Of a stretch of DNA of 64,000 nucleotides, positions 44,408-54,292 are shown piece after piece. The notes beneath the pieces were generated by a model. The model worked only from the letters and a program-made list of their open reading frames with translations, had not been told where the DNA came from and searched no databases. The stretch lies in contig OZ219791.1 in the NCBI GenBank assembly GCA_964291215.2, forward strand, positions 480,001-544,000, in the 5' to 3' direction. The stretch comes from Alphaproteobacteria bacterium. GTDB taxonomy: Bacteria; Pseudomonadota; Alphaproteobacteria; MPNO01; UBA830. The first letter of the stretch is position 1, and the number at the start of each line of letters is the position of its first letter. The position numbers and the translations under genes were made by a program.

Positions 44408-45282
44408 GGTCCTGTGGACAAATTGTCTCAGGCCTTGGTTATGGGATTCCCGTGCGGGGATTTGTGTGATTCATGAGACGTCGACGATTCGAGGGTTTCG
44501 GCGATGTCGACGAAGATGACGGCTTCGGACTGGGAGGTTGCGCTGGAGGTTTTCCGGCTTTGCCTGCCGAGGCGGGGTGCGAAGGCGAAGGATGATCGCC
44601 TGTTTCTTGAGGCGCTGCACTTCTTTGCCGTTCACAACATTACCTGGCGGGCATTGCCCGAGCGGTTCGGACACTGGAATACGGTATGGCGGCGCTTTCA
44701 TCGTCTGAGCCGGTCGGGAGTGTTCGAGGACTTTTTCGCCACGCTGGCGGATTCGAGCGACACGGCGCACTTGGTTCAGATGTTCGATTCGACCGTGACC
44801 CGCGCGCATGTATCGGCGGCCGGCGCAAAAGGGGGCAGCAGGGCCAGGCGCTCGGGCGTTCACGGGGCGGTTTCAGCACCAAAATCCACCTGAAGACCGA
44901 TTTCGACGGCCTGCCGATCGCCTTCGACCTGACCAGCGGCCAAGCGGCCGACGGTCCGCATTTCGAGACCCTGATGGACCTCGGCCCCGATGTCCGGCCC
45001 CGCGCCATTGTCGCCGACAAGGCCTATGACAGCGCCAAAAACCGCCAACTCGCCCGCAAAAGAGGCGCCCTGACCGTCATTCCCTACCGCAAGAACACCA
45101 AAAACAGGCCAAAGTGGTTCGCAAGGGCACTCTACAGGGCCCGCGCCCGCGCCGAACAGGCTGTCGGCAAGCTCAAACGCTTCAAGCGCATCGCCCTGCG
45201 CTGCGAAAAGACCGCCACTAACTTCAGTTCCTTCGTCGCACTCGCCGCCGCATTCATCTTGATCAAATCCGTCCACAGAACC
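44408..45282 (+). mobile_element. apparently intact IS5-family (IS427-like) element, two ORFs with programmed -1 frameshift
   Basis: TIRs GGTCCTGTGGAC / GTCCACAGAACC, TA flanks; WRALPERFGHWNTVWRRF, DST, GRSRGGFSTKIH, ADKAYD; GCAAAAGGGGG slippery site. Confidence 0.92.
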
Positions 45283-45334
45283 TAACAGAGCTTCGTTCCG
45301 CTTGGTGCTCTACGGTCTATCCCTCCCGCCGGTT

Positions 45335-45625
45335 CTAAACGAGGAAAGCCGCGCCGTCTTCCTCGAACAGCGCCGCCCGAATCGGTTCTGGAGAGCTGGG
45401 ATCGTCGAGCTGGACGCTCAGATAGTCGCACGGTTCCTCGCCGTTGGACTCGGCCTTCCAGGCGGCGCCGAGCTCGGCCCGGCCGACATAGACGCGGAAG
45501 TCCGGTGCACCCTCACTCTTCTTCTGGTCGTTGGCGACGATCCTCGCCTTGACGTTGACCGTCAGAGTCCGGATCGTTCCGACATAGCTGTCCTTGCCGG
45601 CCATGAAGCTTCCAATGGTAGCCAT
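45335..45625 (-). CDS. DUF736 family protein
   Basis: MATIGSF...GTIRTL...APDFRV...ELGAAW...YLSVQLDDPS; typical of conjugative elements. Confidence 0.85.
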   Translation of the reverse strand: MATIGSFMAGKDSYVGTIRTLTVNVKARIVANDQKKSEGAPDFRVYVGRAELGAAWKAESNGEEPCDYLSVQLDDPSSPEPIRAALFEEDGAAFLV

Positions 45626-45628
45626 CGT

Positions 45629-45872
45629 TCAGGTCTCCTTTGGTTGGGTTGCAGGTGAGGACGGGCGCGTCTCGTCGAGCTTTTTGCGCGCCCGTTTGAA
45701 GCCCGGGTTGGCGTTCATGAACGCCTCCAGCATGAAGGGGATGAGATCGGCGACGCTCTCTTTCTGCCCATAGGCGCGCCGGTAGATTTCGGCGTAGTCG
45801 TTGAGCGTCGCCTTGAGGTCGGCATCGGCCGTGAAGGTGACCTTGACGCTCTCGCGATCGGGCAGCCTGTCA
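45629..45872 (-). pseudogene. DUF2274 family protein, N terminus removed by IS66
   Basis: RLPDRESVKVT...DYAEIY...LIPFMLEAFM...F; abuts the IS66 TIR. Confidence 0.75.
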
Positions 45873-48800
45873 GTATCCGTTCGGGTTCCGGGGGATCGTA
45901 TGCCGCCACGGATTTTCTGACTGGTAACTACTTCGCGCATGCGCTACGGTCTCTCGCATGGCGGTTTTCGGCGCGGATTTCTGCACCGACCTGACGCCGG
46001 CCGAGGGGGGCGACACCTTGTGGTCGCCTCCCATGGTGATGCCGGCGTGCGAGCCGCTCGACTGGGCGTCTGTGCTTGAAGAGGCAGAGGCGCGGATCGA
46101 GGAGGAACGGGGTCGCGCACGCGTGGCGGAGTTGCGCCGCGAGGAACTGCGCTGGTCGGAGAGGGACGCCTGTACGCGCGTGCGTTCGCTGGAGAGGCAG
46201 CTTGAGACTTGCCGGTTCAAGCTCAAGTTGGCCGTAACCAAGACCGCGTCGCGGGCCATGAAGGCGTTGGAGCGCAGGGTCGAGTATCAGGACGACGAGA
46301 TCGCCGGTCTTTACCTCTCGTTGCGCCGGTCTCACGAGCACCGGGAGCGGGTCGAGGCGCGCCACCGGGACGAGATCAACTGGTTGAAGCAGGACATCGA
46401 CCGGGAGCGCTCGCGGCTCGCGAAGGTGCACCGCGAGGGCGAGCGTGTGGCCGAATCTCTGCGCGGGCGGTTCGACCGGCATCTCGCGGCGGCCAGGCGG
46501 CTGGTGGAGGCCCGGGAGGGCACGATCGCGTGGCTGCGCGCGCAACGACCGGCTGCGGTCGTGCAGGCCACGGAGCTGATCGCGTCGCTGCGGGAGAAGA
46601 ATGCCGGGCTGCGCGCCGAGGTGCGGGATCTGAAGGGCGAGAACGCCGCGCGGGTCGAGAAGCTGGAAGGCGACCTCGACAAGCTGCGCTCGACCCGCAG
46701 CGTCCTGTCGAAGGCGCTCTATGGCAGCAGGAGCGAGCGGCAGAAGAAGCCGGGCGCGAGCGCGGCCAGCAGCGCGGCACCGTCGGGCACGGCCGCACCC
46801 GGCGCCCCGGGCTCAGGAAGAAGAAGGAGACGCGCGACCCGCCGGAAGATGCGCGGATCTGCCCGCGTTGCGGCAAGCCCCATGTCGCCAACGGCGAGCG
46901 GCGCACCACCCTCTTCGAGATCGATGTCGAAGCCTGCGAGCGCACCATCGTCCGGTCGCGCTGGCGCCGGGCTTGCGACTGCGCCTCCGCGCCGCGGGAG
47001 GTGGCCGCGCCGCCGGCGGTGCGACTGTTCGAGACCACGCCTTGCGGGATCAGCGTCTGAACGTGCATGCTCTACGAACGGTTCGTCTGCTGCCGGCCGC
47101 TGCATCGGGTCGCGGCCTGGCTGGCCGACATGGGGCTGACGATCTCGCCGGGCACCCTGCAGCATCAAGCGCTTCGTGCCGCTGTTCGAGCCGCTGGCCG
47201 AGGCGATCCTTGCGCACCAGAACACCGCGGCCCTGCGCCATGCCGACGAAACATCCTGGCGCGTTCGGGCCTGGCGCGAGAAAGGCCGGTCGAGCCGCGC
47301 CTGGCTGTGGACCTCGGTGAGCCCGGACGCGGTCTATTACCACATCGATCCCTCGCGCAGCGCCGAGGTCGCGATGAAGCTGTTCGGTTCGACACAGGGC
47401 ATCGTGGTTCTGGTCTGCGACCGGTTCAGCGCCTACAGAAAGCTGGCCCGCAAACTCGCCGGCAAGGTGATCCTGCAATGGTGCTGGGCGCACCAAAGGC
47501 GCTCGTTCATCGACGGCGCGGCCGGGCGGGTGCGGCTCAGGCGCTGGTGCCAGAGATGGATCGAGCGGATCGCGGAGATCTACCGGCTCAACGAGGCGCG
47601 GCTGGAGCATTACGACCCCGCTCACCCTCTCGAACGCCGGCGTTCGACGTCGCGCACGCCAGGCTGAAGAAGGCGGTCGACGAGCTGTTCGCGGCCGCCG
47701 AAGCGGAACTGGCCGGGCTGACGGACAGGGCGCGCAGGGCCAGGCCGCTGCGCTCGCTCCTCAAGCACCGCGAGGGGCTGTGCGTCTTCGTCGACAAGCC
47801 GTTCGTGCCCATGGACAACAACCGCGGCGAACTCTCCCTGAGCTTCGCGGTCATCGGGCGACGGCTCTCGTTCGGCTCCGACAGCGAGAAAGGCGCCGGG
47901 TTCACGGCGACGATGTACTCGGTGGCCGGCACGCTGGCGATCAACGGCATCGATGTCCGGCGCTGGCTCGGTGAATGGCTGACCGCGTGCGCGGAGAACG
48001 GCGGCGAGCCGCCGGAAGACCTCTCGCCCTGGCTGCCGTGGTCAATGAGCGAGGCGCGCCGGCGCGAACTCGCGGCGGCGGGATGACCGGCGCGGTCGAG
48101 TGCCGCTATTACGGGCGCGACTTCACCGAAGATGAAATGGCGCTGCTGCGCGCCCTGATCGCCGATCCCGCCCCGCTCTCCCGCCGCGCCCTGTCGATCG
48201 AGTTCTGCCGGCGCATCGGCTGGCTCAAGCCCGACGGCGGACTGAAGGACATGATGGCCCGTGTCGCCATGCACAAGGACGGGCTCATCGAGCTGCCGCC
48301 GCCGAGGGGGCGGAAGCACCGGCCCAGGCCGGTCCAGTTCGGACCCGACACCGAACCGCCGCTGTTCCCGGCGCCCACGACCCTCGACGAGGTCCGCCCG
48401 CTCGACTTCCGCACCGTCGTGCACAGCACCCGCGAAGGCAGGCTCTGGAACGAGTTCATCGCCCGCTACCACTATCTCGGACACAAGACACTGGTCGGCG
48501 CCCAGATGCGCTATGCCGTCCACGACCGCAACGGCTGGCCCGTCGCCATGCTCGGTTTCTCCACCGCCGCATGGAAGCTCGCTCCGCGCGACCGCTTCAT
48601 CGGATGGACGCCCGAGCTGCGCGAAAAGAACCTTCCTCTTGTCGTCGACAACCCGCGCTTCCTGATCCTGCCCTGGATCGAGATCCCCAAACTCGGCTCG
48701 CACATCCTCGCCATCGTGCGCCGCCGCCTGCCCATCGACTGGACCGGGCGCTACAACATCACGCCGGTGCTGATCGAGACCTTCGTCGAAACGCCCCGCT

Positions 48801-49034
48801 ACACCGGTGCCGTATACCGCGCATCGGGCTGGACCCGCGTCGGGACCACCCAGGGCCGGGGACGCTACGACAGGCACAACAAACGAGACCAGCCGAAAAA
48901 GGACATCTGGCTCCGCACACTGCGAAAAGACTGGCAACGCACCCTCAATCGGTAGAAGTACAACCGTCGGGCCGGTGTGAAAATGCCGACAAGCGGATAA
49001 CCCAATCCTCATCCCCCGGAACCCGAACGGACAC
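45873..49034 (+). mobile_element. IS66-family element with frameshifted transposase and DUF4338 passenger
   Basis: 24-bp TIRs GTATCCGTTCGGGTTCCGGGGGAT / ATCCCCCGGAACCCGAACGGACAC (one mismatch); HADETSW, CDRFSAY, CWAH, MDNN. Confidence 0.88.
48083..48955 (+). CDS. DUF4338 (Druantia DruA-like) protein inside IS66
   Basis: YHYLG, RDRFIGW, NPRFLILPW, ETFVE...Y.ASGW..VG.TQGRGR. Confidence 0.85.
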   Translation: MTGAVECRYYGRDFTEDEMALLRALIADPAPLSRRALSIEFCRRIGWLKPDGGLKDMMARVAMHKDGLIELPPPRGRKHRPRPVQFGPDTEPPLFPAPTTLDEVRPLDFRTVVHSTREGRLWNEFIARYHYLGHKTLVGAQMRYAVHDRNGWPVAMLGFSTAAWKLAPRDRFIGWTPELREKNLPLVVDNPRFLILPWIEIPKLGSHILAIVRRRLPIDWTGRYNITPVLIETFVETPRYTGAVYRASGWTRVGTTQGRGRYDRHNKRDQPKKDIWLRTLRKDWQRTLNR

Positions 49035-49221
49035 CCAACCGGAGATGCGGTGAATGCGACATCGGCGCGGATTCGGGCGCGGAGCTTTGAAATCAACTGG
49101 TGCCTATTCGATACCCGAGAGCTGCAAGTTTCCTGCGCCTGCCTCGGTTGATGTAAATAATAGATTGTTTTTATTATATAATTTTCGTATTTATATGTCT
49201 GGCATCCAAATTCGGATTACC

Positions 49222-49790
49222 TCGACATCGTGCTGCGTGACGTGCTGCCTGAAGTAGGTAGGAGCGGCAGCGGTCGCCAGGGCTGCATCGACGGCAAGCG
49301 ACCGGAAATCCATCTTCAGCCGCTGATGATGTGCAGTCTTGTAAATGTAGACGGACTGCGCGACCGGATTCCATGCAGGCACTACCAATCGAGTCCGTGC
49401 ATGACCGATCCGTCGATTGCCTAGGATATTACAGAGCGCATTCCGCAACGCTTCCGAACCGTACTTGTTTCGGTAGAGCCGCCGGAGACTGCGCAGCCTC
49501 CTCCCGAGAAGACCGGCCAGACTGTCCCGGTTCTGGCCGAAGATTTCAGGGTCCCGGCTCTCGTACAGGCCGAGTATCTCCGAGGCCGGATGCCCAAGCG
49601 CCAGGGCGACACCGATAATGCCGCCGGTCGACGTTCCGGCGATCAGGTCGAAATAGGATCCGATCGGGCGATCGAGGTGCTGTTCAAGTTCCGTCAGGAA
49701 GGCTGCCGGAAAGGTGCCGAGAATGCCGCCCCCGTCAATGCACAGGAGGCGGCGTCTCGTTTGGCCCGGTCGTTCGTCCTCTCCTGCCAT
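49222..49790 (-). pseudogene. patatin-like phospholipase (CBASS CapV-like), C-terminally truncated
   Basis: IDGGGILG, AGTSTGG, ATAAAPTYF; breaks before the expected DGG motif into AT-rich foreign sequence. Confidence 0.8.
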
Positions 49791-50006
49791 CGGCACTTCC
49801 TCGTATCCGTGCCAGCCGCCTCCCCCTTGGCCGAAGAACCCATCGCACCGACATGCCGAAGCCGAATGGCCTTGCGCTGACACTGTATCTATATATGTGC
49901 GTTTTCCAATCTGTCAATGGAAAGTTTTGACATTATATGTTTGATAACGGAAACTCGCTCCGATGCCGCTGCAGCGGCGGCATTTCAGCAGGGAGGAAAC
50001 AACACC

Positions 50007-51245
50007 ATGCACGCGAAGGATCTGGGATCACGATTGCGCAGGGCGCGCGAATCCCGCGGCCTCAGCCAGCAGGCTGCTGCCCAGGCGTTGGACCTTCCCC
50101 GCACCGCCGTCACGCAGCTTGAGGCCGGTAGTCGATCCGTATCCACCCTCGAACTGATCCGGCTTTCCGAACTCTACCTGCACCCCGTCTTCGATCTCTT
50201 GCATGACGGCCCGAGGGACGAGGATCAGGATGTCCTCGTCGCTCTGCACCGCATTGCCCCGGGGCTGGAGGAAGATCCGGACACGCGCGAGCAGATCACC
50301 CGTTGTGTTCACCTCTGCCGGGAAGGCGTTGCGCTCGTACGTCTGCTGGGCACCGAATACCGATCCGGCCCTCCCAGCTACGACATGCCGATCCCCCACT
50401 CACCCGGAGAGGCTGTCGCACAGGGAGAGGAGACGGCCGAGCAGGAGCGCCGCAGGCTTGGAATCGCCAATGCGCCGATTGCTGACGTATCCGAACTCAT
50501 TGCTTCCCAAGGCATCTGGGCATCCGGCGTCACGCTTCCCGACGGTATGTCAGGCCTCTTCCTGCGGCATCCGAGCATCGGGCTGGCCATTCTCGTGAAT
50601 TCGTCCCATCCGAAAGGACGGAAGCGCTTTTCCTACGCGCACGAATACGCGCACGCCCTCCTCGACCGGAATGACTACGTGACGATTTCCAGCACCGACA
50701 ATTCCTCCGAAATGGTCGAAAAGCGCGCGAACGCATTTGCCGCAGCCTTCCTCATGCCGAGGGCCGGAATCCGTACTTCCCTGCAGGCCCTCGACAAGGG
50801 CCTGCCGAGCCGCCAGGACCACACCATCTTCGACGCCGCGAGCGGGGGCCACATCGAGGCGGCCCAGCGCCCGCCGGCTCGCTCCCAGCGCATCACCTAC
50901 AAGGACAACGCCATGCTCGCGCACCATTTCGGCGTGAGCTACCCGGCGGCCGCCTATCGGCTCAAGAGCCTTCGATACATTTCCGCGCGCGAGTGCAGCG
51001 ACCTGCTCGACCGGGGAAGCGTCGGACGAGAGTATCTTGTTGCCCTCAGCAAGTTCGATGACGTCGGCAAGCGCGAACGGCGACAATACTGGGATCGGGA
51101 GCTTCGCAGCGAAATCGTGCATCTCGCCATCGAGGCCTATCGCCTGGAGGAAATCTCCCGCGGTCGGATCCTGGAACTGAGCAAGACCCTTCGGATCCAA
51201 GGAGACACCCTGCTCAACTTGGCCGAAGCGGCCCGCAACGGATGA
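50007..51245 (+). CDS. XRE-HTH + ImmA/IrrE metallopeptidase fusion (second copy)
   Basis: GGAGG RBS; GSRLRRARESRGLSQ; RFSYAHEYAH; EKRANAFAAAFLMP. Confidence 0.92.
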   Translation: MHAKDLGSRLRRARESRGLSQQAAAQALDLPRTAVTQLEAGSRSVSTLELIRLSELYLHPVFDLLHDGPRDEDQDVLVALHRIAPGLEEDPDTREQITRCVHLCREGVALVRLLGTEYRSGPPSYDMPIPHSPGEAVAQGEETAEQERRRLGIANAPIADVSELIASQGIWASGVTLPDGMSGLFLRHPSIGLAILVNSSHPKGRKRFSYAHEYAHALLDRNDYVTISSTDNSSEMVEKRANAFAAAFLMPRAGIRTSLQALDKGLPSRQDHTIFDAASGGHIEAAQRPPARSQRITYKDNAMLAHHFGVSYPAAAYRLKSLRYISARECSDLLDRGSVGREYLVALSKFDDVGKRERRQYWDRELRSEIVHLAIEAYRLEEISRGRILELSKTLRIQGDTLLNLAEAARNG

Positions 51246-51772
51246 CATTCGTAGCGGGAGAAACCAAGCCGGCGATCATCGTCACCGACACCTCGGTGCT
51301 CATCAATTTTCTACGCATTGACCGGACAGACCTGATCGCCGGCCACTCCCACGATTTCCTCGCCACCGACCATGTCACGGCGGAAATCAGCGACCGCTAT
51401 CCCGACCAACAGCAGAGGTTCGCCGAAGCTCTCGATGCCGGCACCATTTCGGAGACGCGCGTTACCATGCCGGAAGAGCTTCAACTCTTCGAATCCTTGT
51501 TCACCACCGGGCGTCTGGGAGCGGGAGAATGTTCCGCAATCGCCCTCGCCGTTCACCGCGGCTACATCCTTGCCATAGATGATCGCCTCGCTATCCGCCA
51601 TGCGCGCGGGGCTGATGCCCGTCTTCGCATCCTCGCAACACAGGACCTGATGGTCTCAATGATCCGCGAAGGCCTGCTCGAAGTGGAGGAGGCCGACCGC
51701 ATCAAGGGGGACTGGGCCACGCGCCACCGATTTCGCCTCAAGCTGGACAGCTTCCGGGATCTGATCCGCTAA
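51242..51772 (+). CDS. PIN-domain protein (DUF3368-like)
   Basis: VTDTSVLINF, LGAGECSAIALA, IDDRLA; ATGA overlap with the peptidase. Confidence 0.82.
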   Translation: MTFVAGETKPAIIVTDTSVLINFLRIDRTDLIAGHSHDFLATDHVTAEISDRYPDQQQRFAEALDAGTISETRVTMPEELQLFESLFTTGRLGAGECSAIALAVHRGYILAIDDRLAIRHARGADARLRILATQDLMVSMIREGLLEVEEADRIKGDWATRHRFRLKLDSFRDLIR

Positions 51773-52430
51773 CAGGCTGCTGAAAAACTCCTGGCGCGTG
51801 TGGCCCTGACGTGATGGCGCGTGTGGCCCTGACGTGATTCGGTGCGCGGCGAGCGATCCGGTGGGGGCGGCGATGCGTGGCAAGGACGAGAGCAGCAGCA
51901 GCCTTTTCAGCTATGTGGACCTGAAGGCGCGCGTGCCTCGGGGTCATCCCTTGCGAGCGGTCCGCGACCTGACGAACGCGGCGCTGGTGGAGATGTCGGG
52001 AGAGTTCGAGGCGCTTTATTCGCACACGGGCCGTCCGGGGATTGCGCCGGAGAAGCTTCTGCGGGCGCTTTTGCTTCAGGCGTTCTACTCGATTCGCTCG
52101 GAGCGCCAGCTGATGGAGCATCTGGAGTTCAACCTTCTGTTCCGCTGGTTTGTGGGTCTGGGGATCGACGACCGTGTGTGGGCCGCGACGGTGTGCACGA
52201 AGAACCGCGAGCGTCTTCTTGCGGGTGATGTGGCGTCGCGCTTTCTGGCGCATCTGGTCTCGCTGCCCGCGGTGAAGCGTCTTCTGTCGCAGGAGCACTT
52301 CTCAGTAGACGGGACGCAGATCGAGGCGTGGCGTCGATCAAGAGCTTCCGGGCGGTCGATGAGGAGCCTCCGGGGGAGGATGGCGACGGAGATGGCACAG
52401 GCGGCGACGGTCGCAATGCTGCCCGCGACC
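51773..52430 (+). mobile_element. IS5-family transposase remnant (3'-truncated)
   Basis: End CAGGCTGCTGAAAAA; LFSYV...HPLR, GRPGIAPEKLLRA, SERQLME...FRWFVGL, VDGTQIEAW; 23-bp tandem duplication at 51792-51837. Confidence 0.82.
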
Positions 52431-52793
52431 GTGCACTGTGCGCAAGAACGCGCCCGGCAAGCATGGCCTTTTTTCACGGTCTGGCGGAACGCTGGCCGTC
52501 ATGCCCTTCGGGCGATGGACCGTTTGTCGGCATGCGCGAGCCGGCAACGCCTCATTTCGGATCGATCCGGTCTCGGGCCGCTATCTGGAAACAGGATTGA
52601 TTTAGCGGAGGCTAGGAAAAACCAGTAAAATCAAGGCTGTATAGAAGATTCAAAATATTTCGCCTCATTGGGGGTAAGTAAATAACTCTCCACGAAGCAC
52701 CTGCTTCGGCATCCTTGCCAGGCCCTTCCATTCGAGGCATGTGTGACATAACCAGGGCTATTCTGTTGTCGTCCCAGCAATCGGCGCATGCTG

Positions 52794-52985
52794 CACGGTG
52801 ATCTCATACTGATTCCGAGACGCGAAATCCGAGTGCGTTGGGGCTCGCGTCATCACAGATTGCCCCTTGATCGCAATTTTTCGCGCCGAGAAGGTCTCAT
52901 TGAGCCTTGGCGGCACGATTGCAGCGCGACGCAGACCGAAAAATCTCGCCGGTCGCCGCTGGATTGGCAGCGTGGGATCGTCGTG
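52794..52985. mobile_element. MITE copy 3 (192 bp) with 10-bp TSD GCGCATGCTG
   Basis: Direct repeat at 52784-52793 and 52986-52995; TIRs CACGGTGATC / GATCGTCGTG. Confidence 0.88.
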
Positions 52986-53145
52986 GCGCATGCTGATTTT
53001 GGTCCGGGCATTCCGTTTTCGCCGTGGCAGTGTGCCGGCATGGTGGCACTTGCGACCCCGGATTCCCTCCTTCGCGAGGTGACGGTGCGCCCGTGGCGCA
53101 CGTGAGCACCGGCTCCGGGACCGCCTGGTGAAGGAGCATCACTAC

Positions 53146-54292
53146 GGACTCTCGCCAAAATAAATTGGTCGTCATGTCCGTGGCGTGAGGGTGTAGTTCC
53201 ACTCGCCGTGGAACGGGTCTCTGCGGATGGCGAGGCCGTCTATCTCATCGTTGCTGACCTTGACCCCGAGCGGATAGCTGTTCTCGTCGAGGTCCGAGCG
53301 TATGGTGAGGCCGGTGGTGGTCGCGGCGATCAGCTTGACGATCACCTGGTAGCTGACGAGGGGCCGGCCGCGCCAGTTCCGGGTGATGTGGCAGAACATC
53401 CGGTGCTCGATCTTGTTCCACTTTCCGGGCGGGAAGTGGGCCACCGACACCTTCAACCCGAGTTCGTCGGCGAGGTGCTGCAGCTTCCACAGCCGGTTGC
53501 GGCTGTTGTTGGAGCCGTCGGCGGTGATCAGCAGGCGCTTGGCATAGAGCAGCCGGCCCATCTGCCGCCACCAGCGGCCTCGACCGCGAACGCCGCCGTG
53601 TCGTGCCCAACGCTGACCCAGCCGGCGTTGGCGGTGAGATCGTAGACCCCGCAGGGGATCCGAGCTCCGGATCGGGGAAGTCATGCACGTTGACGGCTTC
53701 AGGGTCGCCCTTGGGGCCCGGCCGCCATTGCGGTACTGGATTTCCTTCTTCCTGATGTCACCACGGGCTGGCTCAGTCTCCGGAACGCGCGCACCCGGCG
53801 CGTCGGAACTGCGCATCCCGGGCTGGCGGCCTTCCAGCGTCTTGCGATTGGCCTGGAGGCTGTACCCCAGATCGTGGAGCAGCCGGTTCACCGTGCGCTC
53901 GCTGACGCGGTGGCCGCAAGACGGTCCGCCAGCGGCACTGTGACACCGCAGCGGACTCTCCGGATCGCCGCGCGTCATCGGTTCAAGCTCGCGCGCCGCC
54001 ACCAAACCCGGATCCGTTGCGCCCGCCGCCGGGGCGACGCAAACGTCCTGAAGGAATCTCACTCGAAGACTCCGAATCAAGCTCCTCCGGCGCGAACGGT
54101 GCCCATCCCCGTCGCCTCGGCCACTCGCCTCCGCGCCCGATGGGCCTCCGTCGCCGCCCACAGGCGCCGCGCACGTTCGTTCAGAACCGGACGCAACACC
54201 ACAAATTTGGATCGTAGCGTATCGACTATCGCTTCCATGACATCATTAATAGCAGATCCACATCAAAAAACAATCTATTTTGGCGAGAACCC
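53146..54292 (-). mobile_element. degraded ISAzo13-family element, 3-bp TSD TAC
   Basis: TIR core TCTCGCCAAAATA(A/G)ATTG; GYSLQANRK, LLITAD, KWNKIEHRMF, FHGEWNY; removal restores HHYL of DUF4338. Confidence 0.85.

Noticed and set aside
48083-48955. Complete Druantia system
   Set aside because: No DruE helicase or other dru genes; the gene lies inside IS66 TIRs
51792-51837. 23-bp tandem repeat as iteron or array
   Set aside because: Only two units inside an IS left end; simple duplication
52430-52750. AT-richer segment with possible element end or promoter
   Set aside because: No partner repeat or ORF found; unassignable
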